Shown: positions 23,707 through 38,329, counted from the stretch's first letter. The stretch: 64,000 bases of DNA from Schizochytrium sp. TIO01 (GCA_004764695.1 SMSO01000035.1:3050040-3114039), one strand, 5' to 3'. The notes: a model not told the origin generated them from the sequence alone. A program made the numbers and translations.

Positions 23707-26700
23707 GCAAGCAAGCAAGCTAAGTTTTCTTGGCCAGTCTGCCGCTCCCAAAAGCGTGGTACGCTTTCATGCATTTGCAAGAATGGAGCTCGTCAGACAA
23801 TAGAATAAAAAACGATGCTGGGGCTCTGGTGACACGAAACCACAGCCAGCAAGAAAAGCATGTGCTGCCTGAGCTCGACCAGCCGAAGATTTGCTCGACC
23901 TCAAAAAGTTGCAATCTGGCGATAGGATTGATTGCTTGCCAATAATTACAGCCACACAGACCGAATTTCCAAAGACATGGCCAACTTCACGATCAAGACT
24001 GCATTTCTCCATGCTCTGGAGCCTGGGTACCTTGCCTGCCAGCCACCCAGCAAGCTAGCTAGCTAGCTCTCTGCCTGATTGGTTGATCATTCGATTCGTC
24101 TGTCATTTATCTCGCAGGCTCGAGAATGGTCCAGTCCAGCCTGATCAAACGAGAGAACCCTGGTGTCCATAAATTCATTCATTCATTCATTTATCTACGA
24201 TGATGCTGATAAAGTGATAAAATAGGTGGACGTCAAGCTGGCGTCCCCGGCATCATTAGAATTGTGTCTTCGAAATCTGTCTTCCAAAGCTTGTTGTACC
24301 TAGGTAGTCCAAAACCTCGAGGTACCCGGCAAGTTGGCAGCTTTGTAGCTCGACAATGCTTGCTTCCGGAGTGGCCGTGCGCGCCCGTGCCGTTAGTCAC
24401 TGGCCAGCTAGCTGCCTGCTACTCGCCACCCATCACTGGCCAGTCAATCGTCTCCAAGTTCCACTATAACTCATTCCATTTTCCATTCATTGGGATGGCT
24501 TTCTCACAGAAAGATGAGTTCATAGAATCTGTTGTGATTTTTATACACCATTGTTTACTGCTTGGAAATATATATATATATATATATTAAAAGGCTTTCC
24601 GTACTTTCTTTCTTCCTTCCTTTCTTTGTTTTACTGCTTTTTACTACTACTTTGTCTATTAAAAAAATAAATATATATATATATATCCCTCCCATAACAT
24701 TTTGTTATCCAACAATAGTGTCAGTAAATGGTAGTCTTGAAATGAGAACAAAAGTTAAATTTTCATTTCAATCAAGAAAAGGTAAAAAAACTACTATAAA
24801 AACTAAAAACTGAAAACAAAAAACGTCGTAGCAAAAGGAATGAAATACATAGGGACTAATGGGAAATCAAGGTGGAAGACTTCTCGAGGGAGGATGCATG
24901 GATAAGTAATTGCCGCTACTACTACAAAGACTGTGCTACTTTCCGCCTCTTCCATCGATGTCAGACGTGACGTTGTTTCCGATACGCTGTAGAATGGGCG
25001 AGGCCAAGTATAGACAGCAAGAAAGCCCTTAAAGACGCATCTGTAGAGGCCTTATTTCTTTTCTTTATCATCAGCTCAAAGGAAATTTGGAAATTTTGGC
25101 GGCAGGGAGGACATGTCACTCAACAAACCGCTCATCGATGTTTTACAAAATACTTCTGTGGTTTACTTTACAATCCTCTCGATGAAAGCTTAAAAGGCCC
25201 TTTTGCCGCCGACTATCCCCTGCTCGCGGCCCTGAGCCTGCGAACTCGAAGTTGGCAATATTTTAATTCGCCGCCAATCAAAAACAGCAATTTCATAGCT
25301 AGCCATCCGCCATCGAGGCCACGAGCTTGAAGAGCTAAAGTTTGGAATACGCAAATGCCGTAAGCGAGATTAAAACCTGAGATGTTTGATCATTTCACTT
25401 CAATTTTTTTAACTAAACATTTCATTTAATGGCAAGTTGGTCAAATTTAGAACGGACCTTATCATCGTGACCGTTCAATAATTCAATGAGAAAGGCCGTG
25501 CTCTAAAACCAATTCGTAAAAGCACTACGACGGGTGGGATGAAACAAGCGAAGAGACGTTGGTGCTAGCGCGTCCAACTTGTGCGCTGCACGAGCGCAGT
25601 GGTGACATGCACTATTGGGCCTCACAGAAATGGCGAACGTTTTTAACATTACATTTGCATGTTGTGTTATTTTCCAACGGCTGTGGCACAACCAACTCCT
25701 CCTCATTCGCAGGCGGCGTCAACTGCATAATGTTGCAAGACCTTTGTTGAAAGAGCAGATTGGCGGCGGAGCCCTCAAAGCCACTGGCCATCGCATTGGT
25801 TTCTTCGAGCGGCTGATTACTTTCTAAAATAGCTGCGATGTTTCTGTGTTTGGTTACAGGCCTGAACTTGAACGAAGGAGACCGTTGCTATTCAGCTGAT
25901 GAGACCATATCCAAGAACCTGATGAAAACACCGAAGACCTCGCTGCCAGTTTGGAAAGGCGCTATATAGATTGCATCTTTACCTCCTGCTCCCTCTCTGT
26001 GGCAAGTAAACATCAGTTTGCTTCTGTTCCCATTTCTCGTCATCCGTCGCATTTTAGGCGTTACAGCGACCTCCTCGCCTCTTCGAAAATGAAGAGGCGG
26101 TTGGCTGCTCCGAGGCCTTCCATGGTCTGGTTTGCACTGCAGCGTGTGGCCTTCTGCGTTTGTTTCACACCACAGAGGTACAGCGCAAGGCGCGAGTTTC
26201 TGTATAGACCCGAAGAACCTGCTGCTGCTCAGCCACTTTGCACTGTGCGCCGTATGGCCGTTTCAAGCTGCTCACACTTGGCCTATGTACTGCTTTCTGC
26301 ATCGTCACCATCGTCATATGTGCACTGACTCCAGGGCTTGGGCAAGCTGCCGCGAGCTCTTGCCCGGCGATTGGGCGAGAACAGCTGCGATGGAATCTGA
26401 GATGTGCTTGTTTGTTTGTTTAAGGCCTCATTTTAGTCATGTGGATTACAGGCATGGTCTACTCCTTGTCTATGAGTAATGCGCCGTTGGTGTCTGAGAT
26501 TGCGGATTCTAAGAACGATCCGACTCATGAAGGTGGGGGAAATCAATCTAAATTGACAGATTGACAGTGGAGGAAAGTATAGGAAGTCCGAAGAGGTGAT
26601 CAGCCTCGACTTCCTCCGAGGTGGGCGCCCTGCAAATGAAGACCTCCGAGCTGTCGTGCGCTCCCGAGAGTTGGTGGAAAATGTGATTTTACGACTAGGG

Positions 26701-29700
26701 ATTTCCGTTCGTTTTCTCTGCTCCATGATCAATTCTCCTCTTCTTCGCGCGAATTGTTACGCAAATAAATCCACCTGGAGCCTGGTATTCTCCGCTTCAT
26801 CATTGCATTGCATTTCTTCTTCGGCCAATTTGATCCAAAGCCAGACATATTATTATTTTTACAGCAAACCATGAGTTCACAAGTTCAAGTTATTTCCGGC
26901 TCACAAACCGTCTGATTATCTGTGCTCAGGTGCCAATGTCGTTCTTTGCGAGTTCGCTCTCGATGTGGATTCATCATTCGCAACTGATCATCGATCGCTC
27001 TTCGACGATATGTGCAACCACATTGCACAATCACCGCCTTCCTTTACTGCGTCTGATAACACCGCCGCTATTTCATTCATTCATTCATTTCATTATGGAA
27101 CAGGAAGAAAGAAAGAAAAAAACAGAGAGAAAGGAAGGAAGAAAGAAAGGAAGGAAGAAAGGAAGGAAGAAAGGAAGCGGAAGGTGCTAAAGACCAGTTT
27201 GTGGAGTCCCCCTTTCTTTTCTTTTCTTTTCTTTTTTCTTTTCTTTCTTTAATGAGTTTCTTTTTAATATATTTTCATTCCCATTTGTGGAATTTACTTA
27301 ATCGCTCGCCTTTATGATTTTTAATTTTAATACGAGTACATATCAAAGCACCATTCTTTCAATAGAACATAAGCTACTATGGGGCATTTTTTAAGTTATG
27401 TTCTTTGCTTCTTCCTTTTCATCGCTTCAAAGGGAGGGGTATTTTATTTCCAGATATTTTCTTTCGTATACATTTTGCACGCTTGAAGTTAAAGAAGAAA
27501 AAGAAAAAAAGTTAAATTGTGAACGTCTTTATTTTATGTTTTTTAGTTACATTGGTAAAGCATACCAGTAAGAACAAAATAGAACGACCGGAAATGGGAA
27601 AGAAGGAAACTTTTCTACCTCTCTGGATTAAAGTTTTTGTAGGTACTACTTTTGCCAAAGTTTACTCTTGCGAGCTGAAGAGGGTCCATGTCCGTAAAGT
27701 ATTTAAAACAAACTGGGCTCCGTTTTCACATTCTTTAGAGGAGTACAAATTTCTTTGTGGGATATGGCGATCACCAAGTTCACCGTCTTTTCGTTGTTAC
27801 CTTCTTTCTTTTCTCCCCTTCTGTTAAATAAAACTTGTTTATTGAAAAGGTTTTGTTCTATTTGTCTTAAAATTAAACATGTCCCTTACCAAGATTAGCG
27901 AAGAATAAAAGACGCCTTTCTACTTTCCTACACATTCGTGGCTAGAAAGTAAAGTATTTTATCCTCATTCACAATAACTCCTTTCAATTTTCCCCTTTAA
28001 AAAAATAAAAAATAAAATAAGAATCTAAAAGGGAGAAAAAGAGAAGCCAAACAAGCAAGAAATCAATCGACATCTTCGAGAGACGAAGAAAAGAGCACCG
28101 CCGCCGTCCTTCTACGCGAGATAGAAAAACATGATGTGATCGAGAAGCCATAAACGCGGTACGTATCAATGTCGCATCCAAAGCATATCCAAGCCAACCA
28201 AAGTTCTTCACCTCTTCCTTGACCTTGAGCGATTCGCATTTCGCGACACCTCACTTCTCCTCTGCGCCACCGCCAACGGGTGGCACCGTGTCTGGTGTGC
28301 TCCCTCGCGGAACCCCTCCATGCTTTCCACGCACATACTGCGCCCTTTCCCCACACCTTGGTGCACACCTCTTTTCCCGGAAGCCCGCGGACGTGTGCGG
28401 TTACAAGACACGGTGTCTCGCGGCCGGGGACTCTCTCGAAAAGGTTGTGCAGAAACTAATTAAGGCGTCTCGAAATTCCTGCGTGGAAATGTGAGAATGC
28501 GAGAATGGCTCTGGAGGGATGTTTCGTCGATTGAAGAGCATTATGCCACGCGTAGAAGGTAGACACAGACACCGGTGTTTGAAGGAGCTAATCGCCTTCG
28601 TTTGAGGTGGATTTAGCTAAATTGGATTTCCAAGTTGGCACGTCGATTGGAATTTCACGAGATTCTCAGACTGACGATTCTGAGGTCATTTTATCATCCA
28701 TACCTCCTTCGTCTTCTCCGTCTTCATCTTGTTGTTGTTGTTCTTCTTCTTCTAGGTCATGGAGGTCCTTCCGTACGCCCTCTCGTGACAGACGATGGCT
28801 GCGACGACGGACCCAAACCCTGCGGGCAGAGCAACGGTCTGCAAGGCAAAGTAGGAGTGGCAGTATATGGATGCTGTTGTAGGATACGGTTGTTTTGATT
28901 GTATTTCTGCGGCCAACAGAAGTGCGCCCTTCATTTATGTGGTATTAAGTACCTCAGTACCTAATACTATGCGGGCTTACGAGGGCAGTAGAACTAGCTA
29001 CACGAAAACCGCAGAAGGCTTCGCATTGTCTCCAAACTGGACACGCTTACCACGCCTTCATCCCTTTGGCTGTTGGCTCTTCGTTGGCCGTTGTGCAGGT
29101 TTGGTTTTAGGCACCTTGAGAGCATGCTCCTGAGCCCTTGAACTTTCGTCGGCACTCCCGACTGCAATCGCAGCGAATGGATGCCACGCCCTTTCAGAAG
29201 TCCACAGAGTAGTGAGTGTTCCTCTTGGCTCATGTTTCTTCATATGAAAGCGGATCGTCGGACATCGAATGATTGGACTTCAACGGCCCATACAAAGCAA
29301 GCTGCTCTTAAGCTCAAGCCAGGACCTGCCAACGCTCTCATTCGCAGCGCCGCAGGTTCCCATCGGGATGAGCCAGGGGCGTCTGCCGAGCAGCGATGTC
29401 AGGGTCTCTGCACGCTGCAATCAGTCGAGAGCGCTGTTCGATCGCCCATTCCATCCAAAACGCTTTCGTTGCTCACCGTGTTTTGCAGCACATTCGCATT
29501 TGTCCCATCATTCATTCATTATCGCCTTGTGGCCTTTCTCTACGCCCGTACCTACCGCCCGCGCTAAGGTCGAATATTGGATCTCACTCGAGGATTTCTC
29601 ACCTCTCGCCACTTTCAGTAGGTAGGTAATAAGAGTCCCTATGCACAGCTAAGGGGCTCAACTTGTATATGGCCTGTTCGCCAAAGGTCAAAACAGCCGC

Positions 29701-30977
29701 AAACTACCTTTGGCCTAAGATTAGATTTCACATTTCACGAAGCTCGCCGCTGGCGTGAAGTGAGGCGATGGGAGCGACGCGATGGGTTTTGCAGCGGCCC
29801 AGCTTCGACCTGTGATCGAGCACGATTGAGTGATTGATCTTCAGCCACTCGGGCAAATGAAAGCGAAAAGCACACGTATGACGAAAAAAGCTCTTGAAAC
29901 TGCTCGTCTACGATTAGACAGCTGGCTAGGAGGGTAAACAGTAGGGTAGTAAGGGGCCTGGGCCCACAACTTTTGATTGATAGCGGCGGTGGCGATAGAT
30001 ATTGTGTCTCCAAGGGAGTGAGTGAGTGAGCGATTGTCAGGATCCGCTCGAGGTTCGAGCCTGCTTGATTCGAATGGCAACCTCAGCGCTGATGGTGATC
30101 AAGTTGACAGTGGGTGTAAGCACCGCTGCCAATTTGTGCATAACGCAATTCGTTCGGGACCCGAGTGGTTGTTTACAATTTGCAAAACCCTGTTCGTCGT
30201 GAAATGCGATTCTTAACTCACCTTACCTTGCGAGCACTTCATTATATGGAGAGAGCGACGATGTGTACCATCCATCAGTATAAGATGAGTATCTGTGTGT
30301 CCAATCAGGCCATCGGAGGCTTTAATCAGGCGGTAAATTACAGCGTTAGCAAGCAAACAAGCAAGCAAGACGTTGTTTAAGCTCTTCCTCAGCGAATGCT
30401 GATGACTGTACGGGGTTCTGAAATACGTGATCAACAGCGTTGCACGATCCACAATCGCGGCAATTTGGACGGATCTTAGTGCGTACGCACTAAAGGACAC
30501 TCTTTCCTCGCGAACTTGAAGAAATCAGAAAGCCACACGCCTAGACAAAACGACTAACCCTTGCTAGTGGCGGACTTCCTTGCGTCTTTTTGTTTTCTTC
30601 GGAAACTTTGGCAGTATTATGATGAGAGGTTAGAATAAGAAGCTTTCTATTAAAGGTTTTATAAATGTCTGTTTTTAATTTTATTTTTTTACTCTATATA
30701 TATTTTAAAGTAAAAATTAACTAAAACTTTGAAAATTGTACTAAACAGATCGATCCTCGAAGGCTCTTCCGCTTTGCTTTTTATTCTATTTGTGACTGGG
30801 AAGGCAACGATGTGGAATCTTGAAGAAAGATCGATCGAGCCTGAACGAGATTAAAAACATAAAGGCCTCATAAGCGCGGCCCCACAACCCAAAGTTGGCA
30901 ACGAAAGAGGGCTGGTCGCCGCCTCAGCTATGTATAGGCAGAAGAAGCTCAAGCATCACCGTGTCCAAGGAACCCCC

Positions 30978-31163
<186 letters not shown>

Positions 31164-31909
31164 AGACTAACAGCGTACGTACGTATGTATGTATGTGTAT
31201 GTATGCACGTATGTGGCCAAAGATAGGGTCAAGAACGAATTGACTTGGCAAACGAAGACGATTTCTTTCACGATTTCTTTCATTTATGATTACAATATTA
31301 AATGCCGAGGTGCCTAGCTAAGCTAAGAGTGGGAAACTTTAGAGAAAGATCTCAGCGGAAAAGTAATGCTCAAGTAATTTTCCGATGGGCCTCCCGCGAC
31401 AACCCTTCAAAGCGGAACGGATTAGGGTCAGTTGAATTTTGCTCGCCCTCCCCTTCGTTCGCATCCTGGCAACGGCTTAACTCCCTCAACTCAGTCGCTT
31501 TCCGTCGGCCTCTTTGGGTGTTTGAAGCTTTCTTATATTATAGTTTCGCAGAATCTACTATGATGTGAACTGCCGTAACACCTAATTGGCGGTAGGGTCA
31601 TCTTAGCCGATGGATTCTCATCTCGTTTCGCTTCGTTTCGGATGATCTTCGATATATAACTTAGATCTTAAATGCTTCAGTTTCTACGTTTGTTGTTATT
31701 GTTGCTGTTGTTGTTGTTGTTGTTCTTGTTGTTGTTATCTGCGTTTACTGCTTCTTCTTCTTCTTCTTCTGATGGGTTGATTAGTATCAGTCAGCGCCGT
31801 TTATCCTCTCAAATTCAGTCGCCTCTTTCTGTGGCCCAACTGAAGCGCCTTCGTCGAGTGGGAAAAGCTGACGCATCGATACGAAGTCCAAGTTGGCAAT
31901 AGATGATGC

Positions 31910-31953
31910 TTTGTTTGTTTGTTTGTTTGTTTGTTTGTTTGTTTGTTTGTTTG
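31910..31953. repeat. (TTTG)11 microsatellite
   Basis: Read directly. Confidence 0.92.
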
Positions 31954-32596
31954 CCAGCCTCGTAAAACCGACATCATCATCTTTGAAGCCAACGATCAAT
32001 AAATACCCTTTAGGCAAAGCATCTGAGCCAACCTCGTTTGGGTCGTTGGCGGAGATCGTTTGATCCACGAACTTGAGCCAATATCTCAGAGTCTCTGCGT
32101 TTGAGATGATAAAGATTCGTGGGTGACCTTCATTTTGATGCCCTACGCCTCTTTTTATTCACTTATTCATTCATTCATTCATTCATTCATTCATTACCGG
32201 AAATCTATCATTAAAAGATGCCAGCTGATCTTTCGTTTTTATTTACAAATTGATATTTAAATTGAAATCCTTTTCTTATGAAGATATCAAAGCGGCCAAA
32301 CGAAGAAAGAAGAAATCAACGAGAGAGCCTTTTTTGTTCTGTTCTCTCTTTTTTCCGCATCGACTATCTATATATCATAACAACCATCGGCACGACCTTC
32401 ACATGTCTACGTATCTATGCGAAACCGGGCAAAGACACCCTTCGATCCACAGCGACGCCACTTTCTGAGACTAACCTGTGAATGAATGCCGCATCAACGC
32501 TCCCTTCAAGCATGCCACTCGAAACTGTTCTTGACCACTTCACCGACTGACGATGTTATTTCATGCAATAAATGCAACACTAGTACCAAAAGGTGT

Positions 32597-32620
32597 CTAA
32601 CTAACTAACTAACTAACTAA
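32597..32620. repeat. (CTAA)6 microsatellite
   Basis: ctaactaactaactaactaactaa read directly. Confidence 0.9.
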
Positions 32621-34399
32621 CCAACTCCTCTCCATTCTATGATTATTTTTAAAACATCTCTTTATACTACACGTTTGAATAAAACTTATAAAACTGATGT
32701 CTTTTCTTTCCTTCCATTGTTCTCCCTTTATGGTTAAAAATGATAAGAAAGTGTTTGTTTTGTTCCATCGCCGTCTAAAATTAGCCACATGTGCAAAGGC
32801 CGCCGTCCGCGAACCAATGCCACTGATAATACGCAGCAGAGCTCTGTAACCCGTTCCGGATATCGTCGCTTTGGCTGGCGCAGGCAAAAAAGCGACCAAT
32901 ATCGCAGAGCGAAGACGTCGCAGACCGTCCTTACCGGCGCAATTGCAGGTGGTTTGCAGCTTTGTCCAGTTCTGTGGATGCCTTTTATCTTTATAACAAA
33001 CAAGGGTCGATTGAGCGGCGATGCCTCCTAACTTTAATTTTTTTTTTAAAGTATAGTAACTTTAGACACGATGGCTTCATTTTCCTTTAAAGGGTTTTAA
33101 TTTTGAAGTGTTTTTTGGATGGACTATCATAGATATTTTGTACAACATAAAACACCGTGGCTTCTAATTTATTTTGTTTGTTTTAAAATGCAATACGGCT
33201 TGGGCGAATGTATTTTAATACGCACGCGTTCAGAACAGAGCGTCTTCCTTTTCTTTTACTTTAAACTTTCTTATGTCTTTTCAGAAAATAGGTACTCCTG
33301 AGAATATTATGCGGAAGCGGCGGAATCTATTTGTTTGGATGATAAAAATATAGTTTCTTTATATTTTGAGGGTATAGTGCCTTTCTTTCTACGTTTTGCT
33401 TTTAAGTTTTCAAACAACGAGAGAACAATAATATTAATTGCGATTGTTCTTTTATGTATAGGCCTTGAGTTTTATAATACAATACATAGAAAAGAAAGAC
33501 TACTACCTCTAGAGAAGCAAGAGGAAGAATTCTTCGAAACAAACAACGAACAAGTCTAAGACTCCGCTATGCACTACCGTAGGACCTCTCTTCTAAGACG
33601 TATGTGCGCGACGAACGAAACGTTTAAAGCTTTCACGATGACGACTGATGGTCCAATCGTGCGCGAGAATGCAATTCGAATGCGAATGCAAATACAAATA
33701 CAAATGCAAATGCAAAGCTGTTTGAGCAAGCATGCAAGAAACGAAGCAGCAAGTAACGAGCAGCAGCCCACCAGCAAACAAGCAAGGGTGGCCCTCAACA
33801 AATAAACCGACACCCACCCACCTACCTTGGAAAGCATTGATGCCTGGTCTATAGAGTCAGAATAAATCAATCAAACCCAGGAAGCAATGTTTGCTTGCAA
33901 ATTGTGGATTCCTGCCACACTCTGTATATGATAAAGTTGCAAACTTATCTCCAAAGAAAGTGAGTGAGATAGTGAGCAAGTAAGCAAGCGCTTATGAGAA
34001 TAAGCAGCCGGAGTACCGTCGCCGAGAGTGTGACCATCAACAAGTATCACACAATGATGAGAACATTACTACTTCAGTGTCAGTTGTAGGTTGATAACTA
34101 GCGAGCTCGCTGGCCAAGTAGCGATGAACTTGAGGTTTGATCACAGGTAATATCGGTGTCTTGACACGTCGTTATGAATGAATGAATGAATGAAGTACCT
34201 CCTCGCCGTCAAAGTCAACCTTCGAGTTGAATCCGAGACTAAGTTGAAGGCATGATCATCTACGATTCACGGTTCAAGAGCTTAGAGGCAAAGCCAGTTG
34301 TCATATTTGTGTTGTGCAAAGCTTCAAGTAAGTAAGCAAGCAGGTAATACAGTGTGTGTGTCTTGCGTGTTATTCGGTAGAAAGCAAATTAAGCAAGCA

Positions 34400-35150
34400 A
34401 GCAAACAATTCGTGGAAGTGAAGTGGCGCTGACCCCGCCAGGATTTTTCCCTCCTCCGCGATTGGACACAGAAGAGTCAGTCAAATACACCAGAAAACTC
34501 GTCCGAGTCCGAGTCCGAGTCGCTTGCTGAGGACCTTCGACACTCGCAAGAAACTGGGACCATTGCAAATTATCCCTGCGGAATGTACTGGCTGATTGCA
34601 TTGCCAAAGCATATATTATTTGAGCCTCGAGATCGAGATCGATGCTTCTTGAGGTCAGAGTCCAAAGCCAGCTGAAGTTCTCCAAGGGATGCTTCCTTCT
34701 CGCCACCAGTCAGCATTGTCCAACTCCAACCTGGAAACCAGATCATCAGTTTCAACGTTGAAACAAATCATCGCAAGAATCGCAGCAACAGAAGAGATGC
34801 GACTCTCTGTTGCTAGGGTCTCGAGCGAGCTTCGCATTCATGATAGGGTGAGCGATCACGCGTCGAGAGCAGGTCTTGCTTCTCGTTTCGTTGCCCATTG
34901 CTCAGGGTCCTTTTGCATTTCGAGTTCACCATGATCTCCAACTCACCTCGAACTAAGATGAATTCGACGACAGAGCAAGTTTCATGGCGTTCTACGCAAT
35001 GCAGGCGTTTCCCAAGGCTCTTCGAGAAGAAGCCGTGGACTTGGAACGACGACCCCGACTGAGTGAACTTGTGATCTCCTCCCTCCGAGTCGAAATGTTG
35101 CAACGCATCCTGCATAAATTCTTGCTCCAGTCTCAAAAGCCAAGCCAAGC
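34400..35150 (-). pseudogene. Possible decayed coding sequence
   Basis: Protein-like fragments in shifting frames (WLLRLEQEFMQDALQHFDSEGG..., ELQLALDSDLKKH..., SASDSDSDSDEF) interrupted by stops. Confidence 0.25.
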
Positions 35151-38100
35151 AAATGTAAAGATATCAACAACAACAACCACCCGTCAATGCGGATGTTGGT
35201 TTCATTTACGCGTCATGATTATTCACGCACGAACCAGCGAATGAATGAGAGCGCCTACGACTGCTCCTACAATCGTATGCACCAATGAGATTTATTTACC
35301 ACCTCACTCATTCATACACTATTTTGCATTGCTTCACTTCAGGTGAGAACAAAACACAAGAGAACGAAGGAGCGAGCGAGAAGAACGGAAAGGAACAAAG
35401 TGGAAAGCCATAATAAATCGACGTCAGACAAACTTGTCAAAGCAATCGATTCGCAAGAGCTGAAGCAGACTCTCTACTTTTCACAGGCGCTTACGCAATC
35501 CTCAGCACCACAGAACTCTGCCTTCATGAGCTGCGCGGTGAGTTCGACCCAACTCGATGGCTTCGGCGAGAATTAATCCGCAGATCAACTCGGAAACATA
35601 CCATTCATTCATTCATCCATTCATTCACTCATTCATTGCAATTGCGTTCATGGCTTTATGAATTTTATTCACTACAACATCATCGCTCGAAATTCGCGAG
35701 TGACCATTTGGAGTTATTGTTTCATGCACATGCAAACGCAGGAATCTGAAGCCACCGATCAGTCAATCAATCACCGTGCGTTGGACTTCGTGGAGATGGG
35801 GAAGAAGACCTAGAAACTTGAGCTGGCAAGGAGACCTTGAATCTCGTGCAGAGTATTGGCATCGCGGAGGGAACCTGCGCCACGTCGCCACCTGCGCCGA
35901 AGTGGTGTCGGGCGCTCTTTTCTCTTTTCTCTTTTCTATCCGTATTGCTCATTCAGAGTTCTCTCCTTTCTTCATTTCTTTCTTCAATATGACAACTTCA
36001 TAATCTTATAACCCTCATTCGATGTTTTATTATTACTCTCTAGAGCTCTAGAGAGAGTACTATTGAAGGCAGAAAACCAGAATGTTTTAAAATAAATATG
36101 TGTATATGTCATGATCGCCTATTATCCCCATTAAATCCACTTCCTTTTGGTTAGTAGATCATGTTTCTACCAAAATGTGTTTGTTTCTATTTTGCTTGTT
36201 CTTTTCTGATTAAAATACAGTCTGTTCTGTTCCGTTCTGTTCCCACGTCTGCTCCTTTTCATCGTTTCCATTGTTTTGGGGAAATTTTTAATTGAAATTA
36301 TTTCTTTTGAGAAAAAAGTGTACGCGTACAGATTTCTAGTTTTCGAGAATGACGGAATAAAATGCGGAAGGGAACGTACGAACAAGAAAGGGAATGCGAG
36401 CAGTAAAGAAGCAGGACTGAGGTTCAAGGCTGAAAAGTAAGGAGATAGCCACATCGCCGAGGATGTAGTAGTATGTTGTGGCATGAGATTGCGAATGTTA
36501 CTTGCGCCAATGTATATCTATCTCCTGAATGAATTCGCATCCGTAAATCCTGGAGTTTCCGGGTAATAAGATTTTATTTATTTTTTGCTTACTTCCTTCA
36601 AAAACTCTTTTCCATATTTCGATTCCTTTTTTTATTTTTTATTTTCTATTTAAAGGTTTAATAGAATGCTTTTTAAATGAATAAATAAATAAATAAATAA
36701 TAATCTTTGGTAGAATGACTGAAGTCTTGAACAGTAATGACGAAGATGCTCTCGTGCCCACGCGGGACATTTCTTCCCGCGTAGAAACAACCGCTTGTGG
36801 GAAACAATAGAGCATCGAGCGAAGTAGATGTCGCCCCGAACTACTCAAACAGTCAGCGTTGAGCCTGGCCAGACCCCACTTGCCTGCTTCTCGATCAACA
36901 AGTTCCCGTGAGGGTCATCCACCGCTGCGAGGGAACTCAACAACGCTGTCGCAGAACTGCGACGACTGTGGTGCGTTGCTTTTGGCACTGCGAGACTGCG
37001 CTTCTCAAAGCCTCCAGTACGATTTGCTTTACATGGCGAGTGCGTGGACCCTGTCTCGGGCCTTGCCTTGGATCTTGAAGAGAAACTTGGGTCCTTCTCT
37101 GACATGAATTCTCATAAAAAGTCATACTGCTGCAATGATGCAAAAACCCAGATCGATGCATTGGCTTGATCCGGCGTCTATAAGCAACTGTGAAGAAAGA
37201 GTCATGAAGAACAGCGTCTCTCTGATAAACTGCTTAACTACTAGGAAGCAAGTGGGATGGGAAAGATCACATGTGTGTTCAGACTTTTGAGGCTCAATTG
37301 CCTCATGAACAGATTGATCTTGCTTGAATGGAAGAATAGATAGATGCTGGAATAACAGACCGATCAATCTGTAGGCAAGATGTCTTAGAAGTATCGTATT
37401 GCCTCATGCCCTTTTCTTGGTTAAGACCTGCTACTAGTAGGAGATAAAATCGAGGAGCCACTCCATTAGAGATATGAACTGAGGCCCCAGAGACTGTTGC
37501 AAAGATCTTTGCAAATATATAAGCCTGGCGAAAGTATCACACTCCTCGTGCAAACTGTACAAAGGGATATGTGATATAGCCGCAGAAAGCGTCCAGATAT
37601 ATTTCGTTTCCCTTGCATCAATTTTCCCAGGAGAGCCTCTGTCGTCATCTCACTTTCATTTGAAGATTGAAATACACTTCTTCATGTGAAGCTTTCAAGA
37701 ATATTTCATGTAAAGGTATTTGTTTGTTTTCTCCGGTTGTATTCACGTTCTCCTCTTTTTGAACACTAAAAAGAATTTCATTTTATGTTCAATGCAAAGC
37801 GCGCTGCCCAAGTCTGCTCGAGCAAAGTCTGCAACGTTTAACAACATGACAATTGCAATTTCTACTTCTGTAAGCAAATCAAATATTTTTAGCTTTTAAC
37901 TAATCGAAATTTACACCCGACTTCTCTTTGTAAACTGTCAACATTTTCCTGTGCGTATACTTTTCAACTCCAATAAGATTGGACACGCCTCAAGAAACAG
38001 TTTGAGATTGCAACAGCCCAAGTACAAGGATCGTATGGCAGAGATTGTCTTCAAGGGTACTTTCAATTTAGAAACAAGCAAGGAATAAAAAGATAAAGCA

Positions 38101-38329
38101 GTCTATATCATGTTATATAAATTTCTAAAGTTGTAAAGGAAAAGCTTGGTGGAGCTAAAGCAGAACAAAAGACTAGTCAAGGAATTTTTATTCCTCATGT
38201 GAAAATAGGGAGAAAATCGAAGTCGAGCGATTCAACTTTCGTCAGGTTACAAAGCATTACGCCACACATCATCGCAAAGACTTGCTGACCAAGGCGATGA
38301 AAATTACTACAAATTAAGCGCCTCGAGAG

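Noticed and set aside
30040-30075. GGTTCGAGCC resembling a tRNA T-loop/B-box
   Set aside because: No acceptor stem, D-arm or anticodon arm could be built around it
32597-32620. (CTAA)6 as an interstitial telomere or fusion scar
   Set aside because: Only 24 bp and indistinguishable from the many other tetranucleotide arrays. The telomere unit of this organism is not established from the window.
36036-36055. Perfect 20-bp palindrome CTCTCTAGAGCTCTAGAGAG
   Set aside because: Low-complexity CT/AG composition and isolated, with no associated element or target-site duplication
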